From assembly GCA_022823085.1 (NCBI GenBank), contig JAJDXV010000021.1, forward strand, positions 393 through 64,392: a DNA stretch of 64,000 bases, written 5' to 3'. Below, one piece after another: positions 37,060-47,494 of this stretch. The notes beneath the pieces are model-generated. The model was not told the DNA's origin. It ran no database searches and saw only the letters and a list, made by a program, of their open reading frames with translations. The translations under genes were made by a program, and so were the position numbers. The DNA comes from Candidatus Poribacteria bacterium (GTDB lineage: Bacteria > Poribacteria > WGA-4E > WGA-3G). The number at the start of each line of letters is the position of its first letter. The stretch's first letter is position 1.

Positions 37060-37800
37060 ATGAGCATTAACGGAATTTTCTTTGACTTATATGGTACACT
37101 TTTAGTGTACGGAAATATGGATGCCGCATGGTCTGATTGGTTAAACGAGTTTCATGAACAACTTAAATCACACGGATTAACGCGTTCCATCGAATCATTT
37201 GCGAAAACCTGCGATCAGTTCTTCGGCAAAAACGAACCCACACCGCGACAACACAATATGACAGTGTTTGAACAACGTATCCAAAACCTCTGCTCCGATT
37301 TACACCTGAATTTAACTTCTGAAGATATAACAGAGATCGCAAACAAAATTGCCAGTGCTTGGCAAAAACATATACCCCTCGATCCTGAGGCACGACACGT
37401 ACTGCAAACACTACATCGTTCCAAAAAACTCGCGCTTATTTCTAATTTCGACCATCCGCCGCACGTTCACGCTGTTCTCAGCAAACTCGGTCTGACGGAT
37501 CTTTTCGACTCAATTGTTATTTCCGCTGAGGTGGGCATCAAAAAACCGGACCCACGAATATTTGACGCAGCACTTGCACAGACTGGAATGAAGCCTAAAG
37601 AGGTCGTTTATGTCGGAGACACAGAAGATGATACGAAAGCCGCTCGCGCCGCTGGTATTGTTCCGATACTGATACAGAGGGAAAATGAGGGCAATGCATT
37701 TGATTTTAGCGTGAATAAAAACAGTTCAGAGAAAAAAGAATTCAGGCTTGATGTCAAAACGATAACCAAACTATCCGACCTTACAACACAGTTTGTTTGA
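37060..37800 (+). CDS. HAD-superfamily hydrolase
   Basis: IFFDLYGTL, ISNFD, KKPDPRIF and YVGDTEDD; start placed at ATG 37060. Confidence 0.9.
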   Translation: MSINGIFFDLYGTLLVYGNMDAAWSDWLNEFHEQLKSHGLTRSIESFAKTCDQFFGKNEPTPRQHNMTVFEQRIQNLCSDLHLNLTSEDITEIANKIASAWQKHIPLDPEARHVLQTLHRSKKLALISNFDHPPHVHAVLSKLGLTDLFDSIVISAEVGIKKPDPRIFDAALAQTGMKPKEVVYVGDTEDDTKAARAAGIVPILIQRENEGNAFDFSVNKNSSEKKEFRLDVKTITKLSDLTTQFV

Positions 37801-37854
37801 TCTCGCATCCGCTGATAGCCGACGGCTGACAGCCAACAACAGGAGCATCTACAC

Positions 37855-38589
37855 ATGACAGGTGAAGAAAAATTTCAGGTAGACCTTGAAGGGTATCTCG
37901 TTATAAAGAACGTCTTGACCGACGACGAAGTCGCTGAGATGAACGAGATTATCGATAGCGGCGACCGTAAAGGACCGCCGAGCCTCTGGGGTGAACCGTT
38001 CAAACGGCTTATCGACCATCCGACGATCCTCCCGTATCTCATCGAACTGTTGGGACCGCATGTCCGACTCGATCACGACTATTCGCTCTTTATGGAGAAA
38101 GGTCAAGGACGCGGCGGGTTGCACGGCGGTGAAGACGGTGGACGCGCCGGTGGACACGTCGGCGATCACTGGTATAAATATCGCGACGGTGTCATGCGCA
38201 ACGGTCTGTCCGTGATGACCTACAATCTGGCGGATGCACCGGCGGGTGCTGGCGGGTTCGCTTGTATTCCGGGAAGTCATAAGAGCAACTTCGCACCGGA
38301 GATTCCATCAGAAGTCCGTCGGTTCGAGCGTCCAGCACACTATGTCGTCCAACCGCCTGCCGAAGCCGGAGATGTGATCTTTTTCACAGAAGCATTGATC
38401 CATGGAACGATGCCGTGGACTGCCGATCATGAACGCCGATCGCTGCTCTATAAGTACAGTCCGGGACACTCGGCATGGTCGAGTAATTATTACGACATCA
38501 GCAAATACGAGGGGTTGACAGCGCAGCAAAAACGGATGCTAATGCCACCCTCCATCGGTAGAAGACCACCGGTTATTGAGAAAAATTGA
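37855..38589 (+). CDS. Phytanoyl-CoA dioxygenase (PhyH) family protein, paralog 1
   Basis: EGYLVIKNVL, IPGSHK, GDVIFFTEALIHGT and RRSLLYKY. Confidence 0.88.
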   Translation: MTGEEKFQVDLEGYLVIKNVLTDDEVAEMNEIIDSGDRKGPPSLWGEPFKRLIDHPTILPYLIELLGPHVRLDHDYSLFMEKGQGRGGLHGGEDGGRAGGHVGDHWYKYRDGVMRNGLSVMTYNLADAPAGAGGFACIPGSHKSNFAPEIPSEVRRFERPAHYVVQPPAEAGDVIFFTEALIHGTMPWTADHERRSLLYKYSPGHSAWSSNYYDISKYEGLTAQQKRMLMPPSIGRRPPVIEKN

Positions 38590-38641
38590 GAGTAATAAGA
38601 GGCGGGGTTACAAATATCGGAAACCATCGGCTATCGGCTAT

Positions 38642-38760
38642 TATGGTAAATCATAAAAATATATTGACATCTACAAATGACCCAATTCCCCCCTGATAAG
38701 GGGGGTTAGGGGGGTTTGTACGGAAAGAAAATGTCTAATTAATTCTAAGGTTTACCATAG
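38642..38760. mobile_element. MITE-like element between the PhyH paralogs
   Basis: TATGGTAAA...TTTACCATA inverted ends; internal CCCCCC-TGATAA-GGGGGG palindrome. Confidence 0.55.
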
Positions 38761-38817
38761 TTATTGGCTGATGGCAATCGGCTTTCGGCTGAAAGCCCGA
38801 AAAAAGGAACTTTAACC

Positions 38818-39564
38818 ATGACAGGTGAAGAAAAATTTCAGGTCGATCTTGAAGGGTATCTCGTTATAAAGAACGTCTTGACCGACGACGAAGTCGCTGA
38901 GATGAACGACATCATCGATAACACCGAACGCCAGGGACCGCCGAGTCTCTGGGGTGAACCGTTTAAACGATTGATTGATCATCCGAAAATCCTGCCCTAT
39001 CTCATAGACCTTCTGGGTCCGAACGTCCGTTTAGATCACGATTATGCTATCTTCATGGAAGAGGGTCAAGGGCGTGGCGGGTTGCACGGCGGTGAAGACG
39101 GCGGTAGACCCGGCGGCCCCGAAGGCGATCACTGGTATAAGTATCGCGACGGTATCATGCGCAACGGGTTATGCGTGATGACTTACAACTTGGCGGACGC
39201 ACCGGCAGGCGCAGGCGGGTTCGCCTGTATCCCAGGTAGTCATAAGAGCAACTTCTTGCGAGAAATTCCGTCAGAGGTACGGCAGTTCGAGCGTCCAACG
39301 CATTATGTCGTCCAACCAGCACTCGGTGCAGGCGATGTCCTCTTCTTCACGGAAGCACTCGTTCACGGGACGATGCCGTGGACAGCGACGCATCAACGCC
39401 GCTCGTTACTGTATAAGTACAGTCCGGGACATTCGGCGTGGTCCGGGAATTACTACGACATCAATAAATACGGCGAGTTGAGCGAACAGCAAAAACGGAT
39501 GTTGTTGCCGCCGTCTATTGGGAGTCGCCCGCGCGTCGTAGAAGCAAAAAAGTTGGCAGGATAA
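38818..39564 (+). CDS. Phytanoyl-CoA dioxygenase (PhyH) family protein, paralog 2
   Basis: Close paralog of 37855-38589 with the same MTGEEKFQ start after an AAGGA RBS. Confidence 0.88.
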   Translation: MTGEEKFQVDLEGYLVIKNVLTDDEVAEMNDIIDNTERQGPPSLWGEPFKRLIDHPKILPYLIDLLGPNVRLDHDYAIFMEEGQGRGGLHGGEDGGRPGGPEGDHWYKYRDGIMRNGLCVMTYNLADAPAGAGGFACIPGSHKSNFLREIPSEVRQFERPTHYVVQPALGAGDVLFFTEALVHGTMPWTATHQRRSLLYKYSPGHSAWSGNYYDINKYGELSEQQKRMLLPPSIGSRPRVVEAKKLAG

Positions 39565-39687
39565 TAAACGCTCTACGCAACTGACATCCTTCCGCTTACT
39601 TAGACATCCGAAGTGCTTGCTTTTTCAAAACTTTTCGTGTATACTCTCATATAAGCAAATCCGAAAGTTACCAACGAGGGTGCAGCA

Positions 39688-39981
39688 ATGAACGACTACA
39701 CAGATATTATCACCGTTGAACCGGGTAAACGCAGCGGGCAACCGTGCATTCGGGGCATGCGGATCACTGTTTACGACATCTTTGAATATCTTGCCTCAGG
39801 TATGACAGTGGCGGAAATTCTTGATGATTTCCCTTATTTGACTGAAACGGACATTCGTGCCTGTTTTGCATACGCCGCCGACTGGAAAAAATTGCAGACG
39901 ATTGTTTACACGAATGAAACTCCTATTCGATCAAAACCTATCGCCGAATCTTGTGAATCTGCTGACGGATCTGTTTCCTAA
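39688..39981 (+). CDS. DUF433 family antitoxin-like protein
   Basis: RSGQPCIRGMRITV...ILDDFPYLTETDIRACFAYAA. The C-terminus runs on into the next gene. Confidence 0.85.
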   Translation: MNDYTDIITVEPGKRSGQPCIRGMRITVYDIFEYLASGMTVAEILDDFPYLTETDIRACFAYAADWKKLQTIVYTNETPIRSKPIAESCESADGSVS

Positions 39982-40084
39982 TTCCATCCATGTCCAAGAT
40001 GCTGGATTAGATGCGGCAGAGGATACCGAAATCTCTGATTTTGAAACTTCATACAGATTGTGGTACAAAGGGGGCATAAGGTAG
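39914..40084 (+). pseudogene. Truncated DUF5615 (PIN-like) toxin
   Basis: MKLLFDQNLSP...HVQDAGL..AEDTEI stops after 56 aa and lacks the T.D.DF half. Confidence 0.65.
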
Positions 40085-41245
40085 ATGCCAAAGATTCAAC
40101 TCACTGGGAATCAGAGCGATTTCCTGAAAATCGTTGTCGCAGCGGCAGGGCGCGGCGATCTCGAAACCACCCGCCAACTGTTGGATGATAACCCCGCATG
40201 GCTTCACACCATCGGTTCACACGGTCGGACGATGCTCTGGGAAGCCGCATACCGCGGGAAACTGGAGATGGTGCAATTCCTCCACCAACGCGGTGCCGAT
40301 ATACATCTGCCGGGATGCCATCTGAGCCAGCACGGTATCGAAATCACACCGTACTGTGTCGCACGGTACGAAGGACGCAACGCGGTTGCAGACTATCTGC
40401 TCGCACAAGGTGCAGAAGTTGACCTCCATACCGCCGCCTACCTCGGAGATTACGATACCGTCCGCGACCATGTTGATCGCGACGCAAGCCTCGTCAACAG
40501 CGGATACCTCCAATCCGTCATGTTACCCTCAGGCGAACCGCATACCGTTGAACACAGAAACACGGAATGGGCAACCCCGCTCTGTTATGCCATCATCGGC
40601 GGAAACGTAGCGATTGTCGAATTGCTCATCTCACGCGGTGCGATCATCGAACCGTACAGCGAAATCTTGTTAGATTACGCGGTTGGCGAGGATCGGGTGG
40701 AGATGACCGAGATGTTGTTTGAGAACGGGGCGGATCCGAGCAAAGCACCGCGTCTCTTGGACGACGGTTCCGAAATGAGCAGCTTGCTCAAGGCACACGG
40801 TGTTCCATCGGAAGATATCAATGCACAAAATCACATGGGGTGGCCCCGACTTGTCTACGTCTGCCGCGGCGATAAAGGCGAACATCCGGAAAATGTGCTA
40901 CGGCTTTTAGAACTCGGTGCAGATATCGATGTTCGGAACCACAAAGGTCAGACAGCGTTACACTGCGCAGCAAAGGCGGGGTTTCTCAGCGTCATCAATT
41001 TGCTGATTAAGAAAGGTGCCACTGTTGATGCCGTTGATAATAAAGGTGAAACTGCACTCTTTGAGGCGATCCGATCAACAATAAAGAACGGCGAAAAACA
41101 GCGGGCAGCGTTGGAGGCACTGCTCGTTAAAGGTGCGGACCCGAATCTGAAGAATCGGAAAGGGCAGACTCCGTTACAAGTCGCGCAACAGATGCGACGG
41201 GCAGACGCAGGAAAAATCGTCGCGTTACTGCAAGCACATGGTTAA
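40085..41245 (+). CDS. Ankyrin-repeat protein
   Basis: GQTALHCAAKAG, GETALFEA, GADPNLKNRKGQTPLQVA and similar repeats. Confidence 0.92.
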   Translation: MPKIQLTGNQSDFLKIVVAAAGRGDLETTRQLLDDNPAWLHTIGSHGRTMLWEAAYRGKLEMVQFLHQRGADIHLPGCHLSQHGIEITPYCVARYEGRNAVADYLLAQGAEVDLHTAAYLGDYDTVRDHVDRDASLVNSGYLQSVMLPSGEPHTVEHRNTEWATPLCYAIIGGNVAIVELLISRGAIIEPYSEILLDYAVGEDRVEMTEMLFENGADPSKAPRLLDDGSEMSSLLKAHGVPSEDINAQNHMGWPRLVYVCRGDKGEHPENVLRLLELGADIDVRNHKGQTALHCAAKAGFLSVINLLIKKGATVDAVDNKGETALFEAIRSTIKNGEKQRAALEALLVKGADPNLKNRKGQTPLQVAQQMRRADAGKIVALLQAHG

Positions 41246-41486
41246 GTATCCAAAGAACCACCTTTGTGTCTCTTCCCATTGCGTTATCGAAAAAAGAGAT
41301 TGAGACACCGATCAGCATGGCGATGAAATAGCCGATCGCTATTCCGAGGAATGTCCTGAAATGCGTGCGATAGAGACTAAAAATGGTGCCCAGCAGTTCA
41401 CCGAATCCCATTGCACGCAGTCTTGGGACTCTATTCCCTGTTTGCAACGAATTGTTAGATGCTGGTGTCCCTCTGCCATCAACCAC
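41240..41486 (-). pseudogene. N-terminal fragment of a membrane protein paralogous to 48629-49504
   Basis: LRAMGFGELLGTIFSLYRTHF matches LQPMSFVDILDGMFSLYRSHF. Similarity ends where the ankyrin gene ends on the opposite strand. Confidence 0.6.
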
Positions 41487-42255
41487 TTGCGTTTGTCCTC
41501 GATGTCTTGAGCGCGTAGATTTCTTCTAAAAACTTCTCATAACTTATGGAACCGCTACCGCCCATCTTCTCAACGATTGGACTGGCGATGGTGCGCGCCA
41601 GTTCAGAACGCCGAAATTTTGGGAGCGTCCCGCGGCGACTCAGATATTCACGGATGACACCAAATTCCGTCTCTGTCACCAACTCCAGTCGGATCCATCC
41701 GGCATACTCAAACGCCTCTTGTGGTATGTTGACAGTTGGCACCTGTACGGTCTCGCTTGTCCCGGTAGGCTTCAAGTCCGTACGTGCCGTTTTGACGACG
41801 AGTGTTCCAGCGGCTAAATCCCCTAACCGTTGCCAGTTGCCGTTTATTAGCATCGTCAATAAACCAGCACCATAAAAAAAAGGCAGAAAATCGACGACGC
41901 GAACAAGATTACGGATTGCGGAATCCGCGAAGCCGATCGGATAGCCACCGTCTTTGATGACCCGTAAACCGAGCACCCGTTTACCGAGGGTTTGCCCGTT
42001 TGAGGTGACCTCAAACACCATATAATAGCCCCAGAAAAGCACGAAAACAAGGATACCACCGATCGCACCGAGCCAGTTACCGAGGGTGTCGCCAAGCTCC
42101 ATGATGAAATTTCGGTTAACGTAATACCCGACAAAGAGGATAAGCGCGAGCAGCCCCGTATCAATAAGTGCCGCATAGAAACGCGACCCGATACCTGCCT
42201 TCTGAAAACTGATGTCAATCTGTTCCGGTGTTTCTATCGATAATTGTTCATTCAT
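41479..42255 (-). CDS. RDD family protein
   Basis: IETPEQI...AGIGSRFYAALID, GQTLGKRVLGLRV and QRLGDLAAGT. Confidence 0.92.
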   Translation of the reverse strand: MNEQLSIETPEQIDISFQKAGIGSRFYAALIDTGLLALILFVGYYVNRNFIMELGDTLGNWLGAIGGILVFVLFWGYYMVFEVTSNGQTLGKRVLGLRVIKDGGYPIGFADSAIRNLVRVVDFLPFFYGAGLLTMLINGNWQRLGDLAAGTLVVKTARTDLKPTGTSETVQVPTVNIPQEAFEYAGWIRLELVTETEFGVIREYLSRRGTLPKFRRSELARTIASPIVEKMGGSGSISYEKFLEEIYALKTSRTNASG

Positions 42256-42380
42256 CTGTAAGAGGTGATCTCCTTACTGCATTAAAAGACTTGATTGTGA
42301 ACGTAAAATGGTGTTTAATTGAGGATGTTTCATATTTTCTACCACAATTAAATCCACCTCATTACGGAACCGTAAAAATC

Positions 42381-43388
42381 ATGACAGCAACAGAATTCAT
42401 CGAAAAAAAACAGCTCACATGGAAAGAACTTGAGACACTACTCAACCGACCACGGAACGCAAATGCAGCACAGCTGAACCGCCTCGGCTATCTCTATCGG
42501 CGAATCACTTCAGATTTGGCGGTTGCGCGACGCGATTTCCCGCAAGACCGATGTGTACCGTACCTCAACGAACTCGCCTCCCGCGCACATGCGACAGTTT
42601 ACCAGACCTCCCCGTTCAAACGCGGCACATTCCGGCAATTTTTCCATTTCCGGTTCCCGACAATCTTCCGAGAAAATCTCGGTTTCATCGCGGCAGCGTT
42701 CCTGATGTTTGCCATCGCATTCGCAGCATCGTACTGGATCGGACTGACAAACGCAGAATTGGCGGAAAAACTGATCCCTGAACGGTACGTATCGCATATC
42801 AAAAAATTAGAAGACGGCGCATGGAACGACACCTCAGCAGAAATGCGAAACCTATTCGCCTCCTTTGTAATGACGAACAACATCCGAGTCGCTTTCCTCG
42901 CCTTCGCGTGGGGCATCATGTTCATGGTCGGCACCGCCTACATTTTAGTGTTCAACGGTATCCATATCGGCGCGGTCGCCGGTCTGTGCCATGCCAACGG
43001 TGTTTCTCTCGCACTCTGGTCGTTCGTATCGCCACACGGCTATATCGAACTGACAACGATTTTTATCGCCGGTGGTGCCGGACTGAAATTAGGATACGCA
43101 CTCATCGCGCCGTCACACTTTACCCGTAAACGCGCTTTGACAGACGCTGCCAAAGTTGCGATCCAGATGCTCGGCGGTTGCGTCGCCTTGCTCGTCGTCG
43201 CAGGGACGATTGAAGGGTTCGTGTCGCCTTCCCAACTACCGAACACCGTCAAAATCGGGTTCGGTGCGCTGACAGGGATTCTCCTGTTCACCTACCTTTT
43301 CGTGATGAAGGCCCCGAACACCGAAACCGAGTCGCAGACACAACGCAGCTCGACGATACCGAGCCTCAAACCCGAGACTTCGCCTTAA
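42381..43388 (+). CDS. Stage II sporulation protein M (SpoIIM/DUF95)-like membrane protein
   Basis: LYRRITSDLA, TNNIRVAF, PHGYIEL and AGTIEGFVS; start placed at ATG 42381. Confidence 0.88.
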   Translation: MTATEFIEKKQLTWKELETLLNRPRNANAAQLNRLGYLYRRITSDLAVARRDFPQDRCVPYLNELASRAHATVYQTSPFKRGTFRQFFHFRFPTIFRENLGFIAAAFLMFAIAFAASYWIGLTNAELAEKLIPERYVSHIKKLEDGAWNDTSAEMRNLFASFVMTNNIRVAFLAFAWGIMFMVGTAYILVFNGIHIGAVAGLCHANGVSLALWSFVSPHGYIELTTIFIAGGAGLKLGYALIAPSHFTRKRALTDAAKVAIQMLGGCVALLVVAGTIEGFVSPSQLPNTVKIGFGALTGILLFTYLFVMKAPNTETESQTQRSSTIPSLKPETSP

Positions 43389-44721
43389 GCTCCAAGTACT
43401 TGTTCACGACTGCCATTGTCAACCGATGCGCGGGGACATCAATCGTGATGACCCCTTGACGACGCAAAATCTCCAAGGTCGCATGCTTCTCCTGTAATAA
43501 CCGCTCCGCAATCGCCTTCTGATAAACAGATTTGGAATCCGTAGACTTCTGCTCAGCCAGCTCGACAATGCCGGAGTCTGTCAAGGTCACGCAAACCACG
43601 AGGTGGTGCTTGGAGAGTTGCGAGATGTATGCGGCGATGCCTGCGGCGGAATCGCTGTCCAAGATGTCGGTAAAAAGGATGATGAGGGCACGTTTGCGCT
43701 GTTTGGACGCAAGATATTTGAACGCCTCCGCAAAATCCGGTTCAACCGAGTGAACCGGCAGCGCATAGATGGTCTCTAACATTGTCAAAAACTGCTTCTT
43801 GCCCGGCTTCGGTGCAAGGTATTGGTGAACCGTATCCGCAAAAGCGATCAAACCGACTTTATCCCCCTTGAGCATCGAGACATAAGCGGTCATCAGTGTT
43901 GTATTAATGGCGTAATCCAATTTATGCATCGCCTTCTGTGTTAGCGATGCTGTGGCGTGCAGCGTAGACGTTTCCAACAGGATCGGCGATGCCATAAGTC
44001 TACCGGTATCCAACATAATCACAACGTCTTGGCTGCGTTCCGTCTCAAACTCCCGGACGATCGGTTTCCGCTGACGCGCAGTGGCGTTCCAATCAACACG
44101 CCGAAAATCGTCGTCCGGTGAATACTCGCGTAACCGTTCCATCTCTGTACCTTCCCCGAACTGCCGCGAAGTCTTAAGCCCGATTTGGTGGAGCATCCCG
44201 CGTTTCACCAAGAGTTCGTACTGTCGCACCGCCTGTAGGTTCGGATAGACCTTTATCTCCGCCGCCGCAGAAAACCGCCGCCGCCGAACAATCAACCCTA
44301 AAACACCCCAGCACTGTAGATGCGTGTCCGCAAACTGATAAATTCCGCGTCGTAGCGGCGTCAGACGATACGTTACCTCTGCATCCTGCATCGGTGAAAC
44401 GCGACAGTCGTGGAGCACCGTTTCATACAAAAATTCGTCAGGGAAGTCGTCTTTGAGACGGAGCCTTAATGGATGCCGAGATCGGTTGACAATATGTAGC
44501 GTCACAACGTTTTCCACACCCAACGAAAACTTTGAATTCATCTCACGACGCACCTCGACCCTTTTAAACAACGGATTCGTAACGTAATCTATCACACCGA
44601 CAATAACCAGCAGCACCAGATACGCACCACCGATGAACAAGAGATTCGGCGAGACTTTGTAAAGCAGGATCGGAATGGCTATCGGGAATAAGAAGATGAG
44701 CAGACGGTTGCTGAGATGCAT
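43366..44721 (-). CDS. DUF58 domain protein (MoxR-associated)
   Basis: GTEMERLREYSPDDDFRRVDWNATAR and LDTGRLM. Confidence 0.9.
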   Translation of the reverse strand: MHLSNRLLIFLFPIAIPILLYKVSPNLLFIGGAYLVLLVIVGVIDYVTNPLFKRVEVRREMNSKFSLGVENVVTLHIVNRSRHPLRLRLKDDFPDEFLYETVLHDCRVSPMQDAEVTYRLTPLRRGIYQFADTHLQCWGVLGLIVRRRRFSAAAEIKVYPNLQAVRQYELLVKRGMLHQIGLKTSRQFGEGTEMERLREYSPDDDFRRVDWNATARQRKPIVREFETERSQDVVIMLDTGRLMASPILLETSTLHATASLTQKAMHKLDYAINTTLMTAYVSMLKGDKVGLIAFADTVHQYLAPKPGKKQFLTMLETIYALPVHSVEPDFAEAFKYLASKQRKRALIILFTDILDSDSAAGIAAYISQLSKHHLVVCVTLTDSGIVELAEQKSTDSKSVYQKAIAERLLQEKHATLEILRRQGVITIDVPAHRLTMAVVNKYLELKAKSRV

Positions 44722-44729
44722 GTTTGAAC

Positions 44730-45683
44730 CTAACGCGGGATTTCCGCCTCTGCAAGCAGCCGATCGATAACATCGTCCGGCGTTAATCCTTCAATTTCCG
44801 CTTCAGGCTTCAGAAGGATACGGTGACGATAGACATGTGGTGCCAAGAACTTGACATCATCAGGCAGGATATAGTCGCGGCCCTGCAGCGCAGCGTAGGC
44901 CTTGCTCGCCAATAAGAGCGAGATTGAGGCGCGCGGACTACCGCCGAGAACCAACTCATCGGAATTACGGGATGCCGTGGCTAAACTGACAATATAATTG
45001 AAGATCGAATCCTCTACGGTGACGGCTTGGATTTCCGATTGGCACGCTTGAAGGGAGGCACTATCAACGACGCTTTCAATACCGACCGCCTCTAAGCGAG
45101 TGGCGTTGAACCCGTGGTGATAGTTCATCAGAATCTGTGTCTCTACCGCTTGTTCAGGGTAATCGACGCGTAATTTGAACAGAAATCTGTCAAGTTGTGC
45201 TTCGGGGAGCGGATAGGTCCCTTCGTATTCAATCGGGTTCTGCGTTGCCAGCACCATAAACGGCGGTGATAACTCGTATCGGACACCGTCGATGCTGACC
45301 TGCCGCTCTTCCATACATTCCAAAAGGGCGGATTGCGTCTTCGCAGGCGCGCGGTTGATCTCGTCAGCGAGGAGGACATTGGTGAAAACGGGACCGCGCT
45401 TGAGATTGAATTGGTTTGTCGCTAAGTCGAAAACACTGGTACCAACAATATCCGACGGCATTAGATCGGGGGTGAACTGGACACGGCTGAATTGACCGGA
45501 GACGATCATCGCTAAGGTTTTCGCAATGAGTGTTTTCGCGGTGCCGGGAACACCTTCCAACAGAACATGTCCACCTGAAAATAGACTGACAACGACGAGT
45601 TCAAAAAGTTCTGTCTGCCCGACGATGACTTTTTGTGCCTCTTGTTTCATCTGCTCAAAAGTTGTCTGAACGAGATTGCTCAT
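44730..45683 (-). CDS. MoxR-family AAA+ ATPase
   Basis: [36 protein letters not shown] and [14 protein letters not shown]. Confidence 0.95.
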   Translation of the reverse strand: MSNLVQTTFEQMKQEAQKVIVGQTELFELVVVSLFSGGHVLLEGVPGTAKTLIAKTLAMIVSGQFSRVQFTPDLMPSDIVGTSVFDLATNQFNLKRGPVFTNVLLADEINRAPAKTQSALLECMEERQVSIDGVRYELSPPFMVLATQNPIEYEGTYPLPEAQLDRFLFKLRVDYPEQAVETQILMNYHHGFNATRLEAVGIESVVDSASLQACQSEIQAVTVEDSIFNYIVSLATASRNSDELVLGGSPRASISLLLASKAYAALQGRDYILPDDVKFLAPHVYRHRILLKPEAEIEGLTPDDVIDRLLAEAEIPR

Positions 45684-45718
45684 ATATTACGCCTTTTCGT
45701 GAGGGTGAGGTTATTTAG

Positions 45719-46879
45719 CTACTTACGTCGATTGATTTTTGCAAGGTCACGGTAGGCTTCAACGCGATGTGCAAGGTCGCGCAGCTGCGCCTCCGATATA
45801 GTGGCTGATGCCGCCAAGTCGAGTATCAGGTCTCTGAGTCGATTGTCTTCATCAATAGCACCGCGCGATGTGAGCGCATCTAAAAAGGTATCTGTATCCA
45901 AATTCGGATCGATACGCCATCGAGTCGCGAGGTCCGCTTTGAAGTTATCTCGAATATGCTTTAAGATATACAGGCGTGTGTTCCCTTTCTGATACAGAGC
46001 GGTCATGGCGTGGACGTATTCGGAACTCAAACGCCTGTTTTTCTCCGCCGCATCAAGGGGTTTCCCGAACCGGCGACCGCGTAGCACTAAGAAAACGAAG
46101 AGCGTCAAACAGATATACACGGCAGCCAAGCCACCCGGCGTTCGGAACATAAGCGACATAAAAGGGTTCGGCGGTTGCGTTTCAAGCGTGTAGTACCTTC
46201 TCTCAGCCAGTCCGATCCGTGCGTTACGCGGGAGCGTTGACATCAAGTTGTAGAGAAACGCTGCGTTACCATCATAACGCAGTCCACGCCTACTGAACAT
46301 AGCGTCGGAAGCGATGAAAAAGGCGCGTCCGTCCCCGTCCTGTAATGTTACGATTGACGCATCGTTCTCTCTCGCATAAAGCACTGCGACCTCACGGCCG
46401 AAAGGTTCAATCGCCATATCTGTAGCGGTGCGAATTTCGTCAACCGGATTGTCGGGAAAGAGCGGTCCCTCCGGTATCCGTTGCGAAAAGAGCATCCGTT
46501 TCGTCAGTTCCTGGAGTTCTAAATCATACACTAAGTACAGATCCGCTAAACCTTCATTGGCCCCTGCCACAATTAAGGTACCGCCGGTGTTGACGAAATT
46601 TTGGATGTCTCGAACCTCCGTCTCTGTTGGTGCTTTGCTGAGTGCGTGTAAGAACAACACATCGTATCTATCCAAGCGCGCCGGATAGTCCGCAGATATT
46701 TCTGCGACTCGAAACTTTAACTTGAGCAGAACCTGTTCAAGGACAGGACCATATCGCGGCCCATCACACGAGACCAGAAAACAGGCAAGCACAATTAAAA
46801 CAGGCGCGAAAATAGAGGTTCGCGTGATTCGGCGTGTGGGATTCGGTGGTGCAGTTCTGATGTTTTCAGTTCCTCGCAT
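45719..46879 (-). CDS. DUF4350-like membrane-anchored protein
   Basis: Lipobox-like FLVSC; FVNTGGTLIVAG; C-terminal TM followed by RGRRFGKP; MoxR-locus context. Start reassigned to ATG 46879. Confidence 0.7.
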   Translation of the reverse strand: MRGTENIRTAPPNPTRRITRTSIFAPVLIVLACFLVSCDGPRYGPVLEQVLLKLKFRVAEISADYPARLDRYDVLFLHALSKAPTETEVRDIQNFVNTGGTLIVAGANEGLADLYLVYDLELQELTKRMLFSQRIPEGPLFPDNPVDEIRTATDMAIEPFGREVAVLYARENDASIVTLQDGDGRAFFIASDAMFSRRGLRYDGNAAFLYNLMSTLPRNARIGLAERRYYTLETQPPNPFMSLMFRTPGGLAAVYICLTLFVFLVLRGRRFGKPLDAAEKNRRLSSEYVHAMTALYQKGNTRLYILKHIRDNFKADLATRWRIDPNLDTDTFLDALTSRGAIDEDNRLRDLILDLAASATISEAQLRDLAHRVEAYRDLAKINRRK

Positions 46880-47492
46880 AGACTTTTTGTAGTAGACTCC
46901 GGTAACTGGCGACGGTCTCCGCATCACACGGTTTATAGCCGTACCACACCTCATCGAAAACTGTGATTGCCGGTCCGAGTGCAGCGTACAGGTCAACGTC
47001 ATTTTGGGCTTCGTGGAGATATTCACGGTTGGTGAGACTCTTATCGTAAGGAAGTACACCGCGTTCTTGCAGATGCAAGATCGCTGAAAGATAGAGGTAG
47101 CGGAGCGCACCGCGAAAGTCGCTCGCGGCTTCAGCGGTCTCCGCGTGTGCAAGTGCGGCTTTCTCGGTTTCCACACGTTCCAACGCGGTCTCTATCACTT
47201 CGTCGTCCGCTTCGCTAACGAGGTTCATCCGAATCTGCCGAACAAAAAAGACAACCATAGCACCCAACGCTGCAGCTGCGAGCGGAAACAGGACCCATCT
47301 CAGGTCGGCATCCCATACGCGTGGATTCAGGATTCTCTCTAAATCCTGACGGTATATCTTATAGGAGACCTCCGCACCGGCACGGCGTGTCTCCAATTCT
47401 TCGCGGAATGCTTGCTCCTCTGCCGCTCCTGTGAACGGGATAGAGAAACTCAGTAGGTAGATTATGACCCAAAAATAGATGCGTTCTCTCAC
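46866..47492 (-). CDS. DUF4129 domain protein
   Basis: ALRYLYL...TNREYL...FDEVWYG; start reassigned to GTG 47492. Confidence 0.8.
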   Translation of the reverse strand: MRERIYFWVIIYLLSFSIPFTGAAEEQAFREELETRRAGAEVSYKIYRQDLERILNPRVWDADLRWVLFPLAAAALGAMVVFFVRQIRMNLVSEADDEVIETALERVETEKAALAHAETAEAASDFRGALRYLYLSAILHLQERGVLPYDKSLTNREYLHEAQNDVDLYAALGPAITVFDEVWYGYKPCDAETVASYRSLLQKVYARN

Positions 47493-47494
47493 AG

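Noticed and set aside
46880-47176. Extended N-terminus of the 485-aa ORF
   Set aside because: It overlaps the DUF4129 gene; a better start is ATG 46879.
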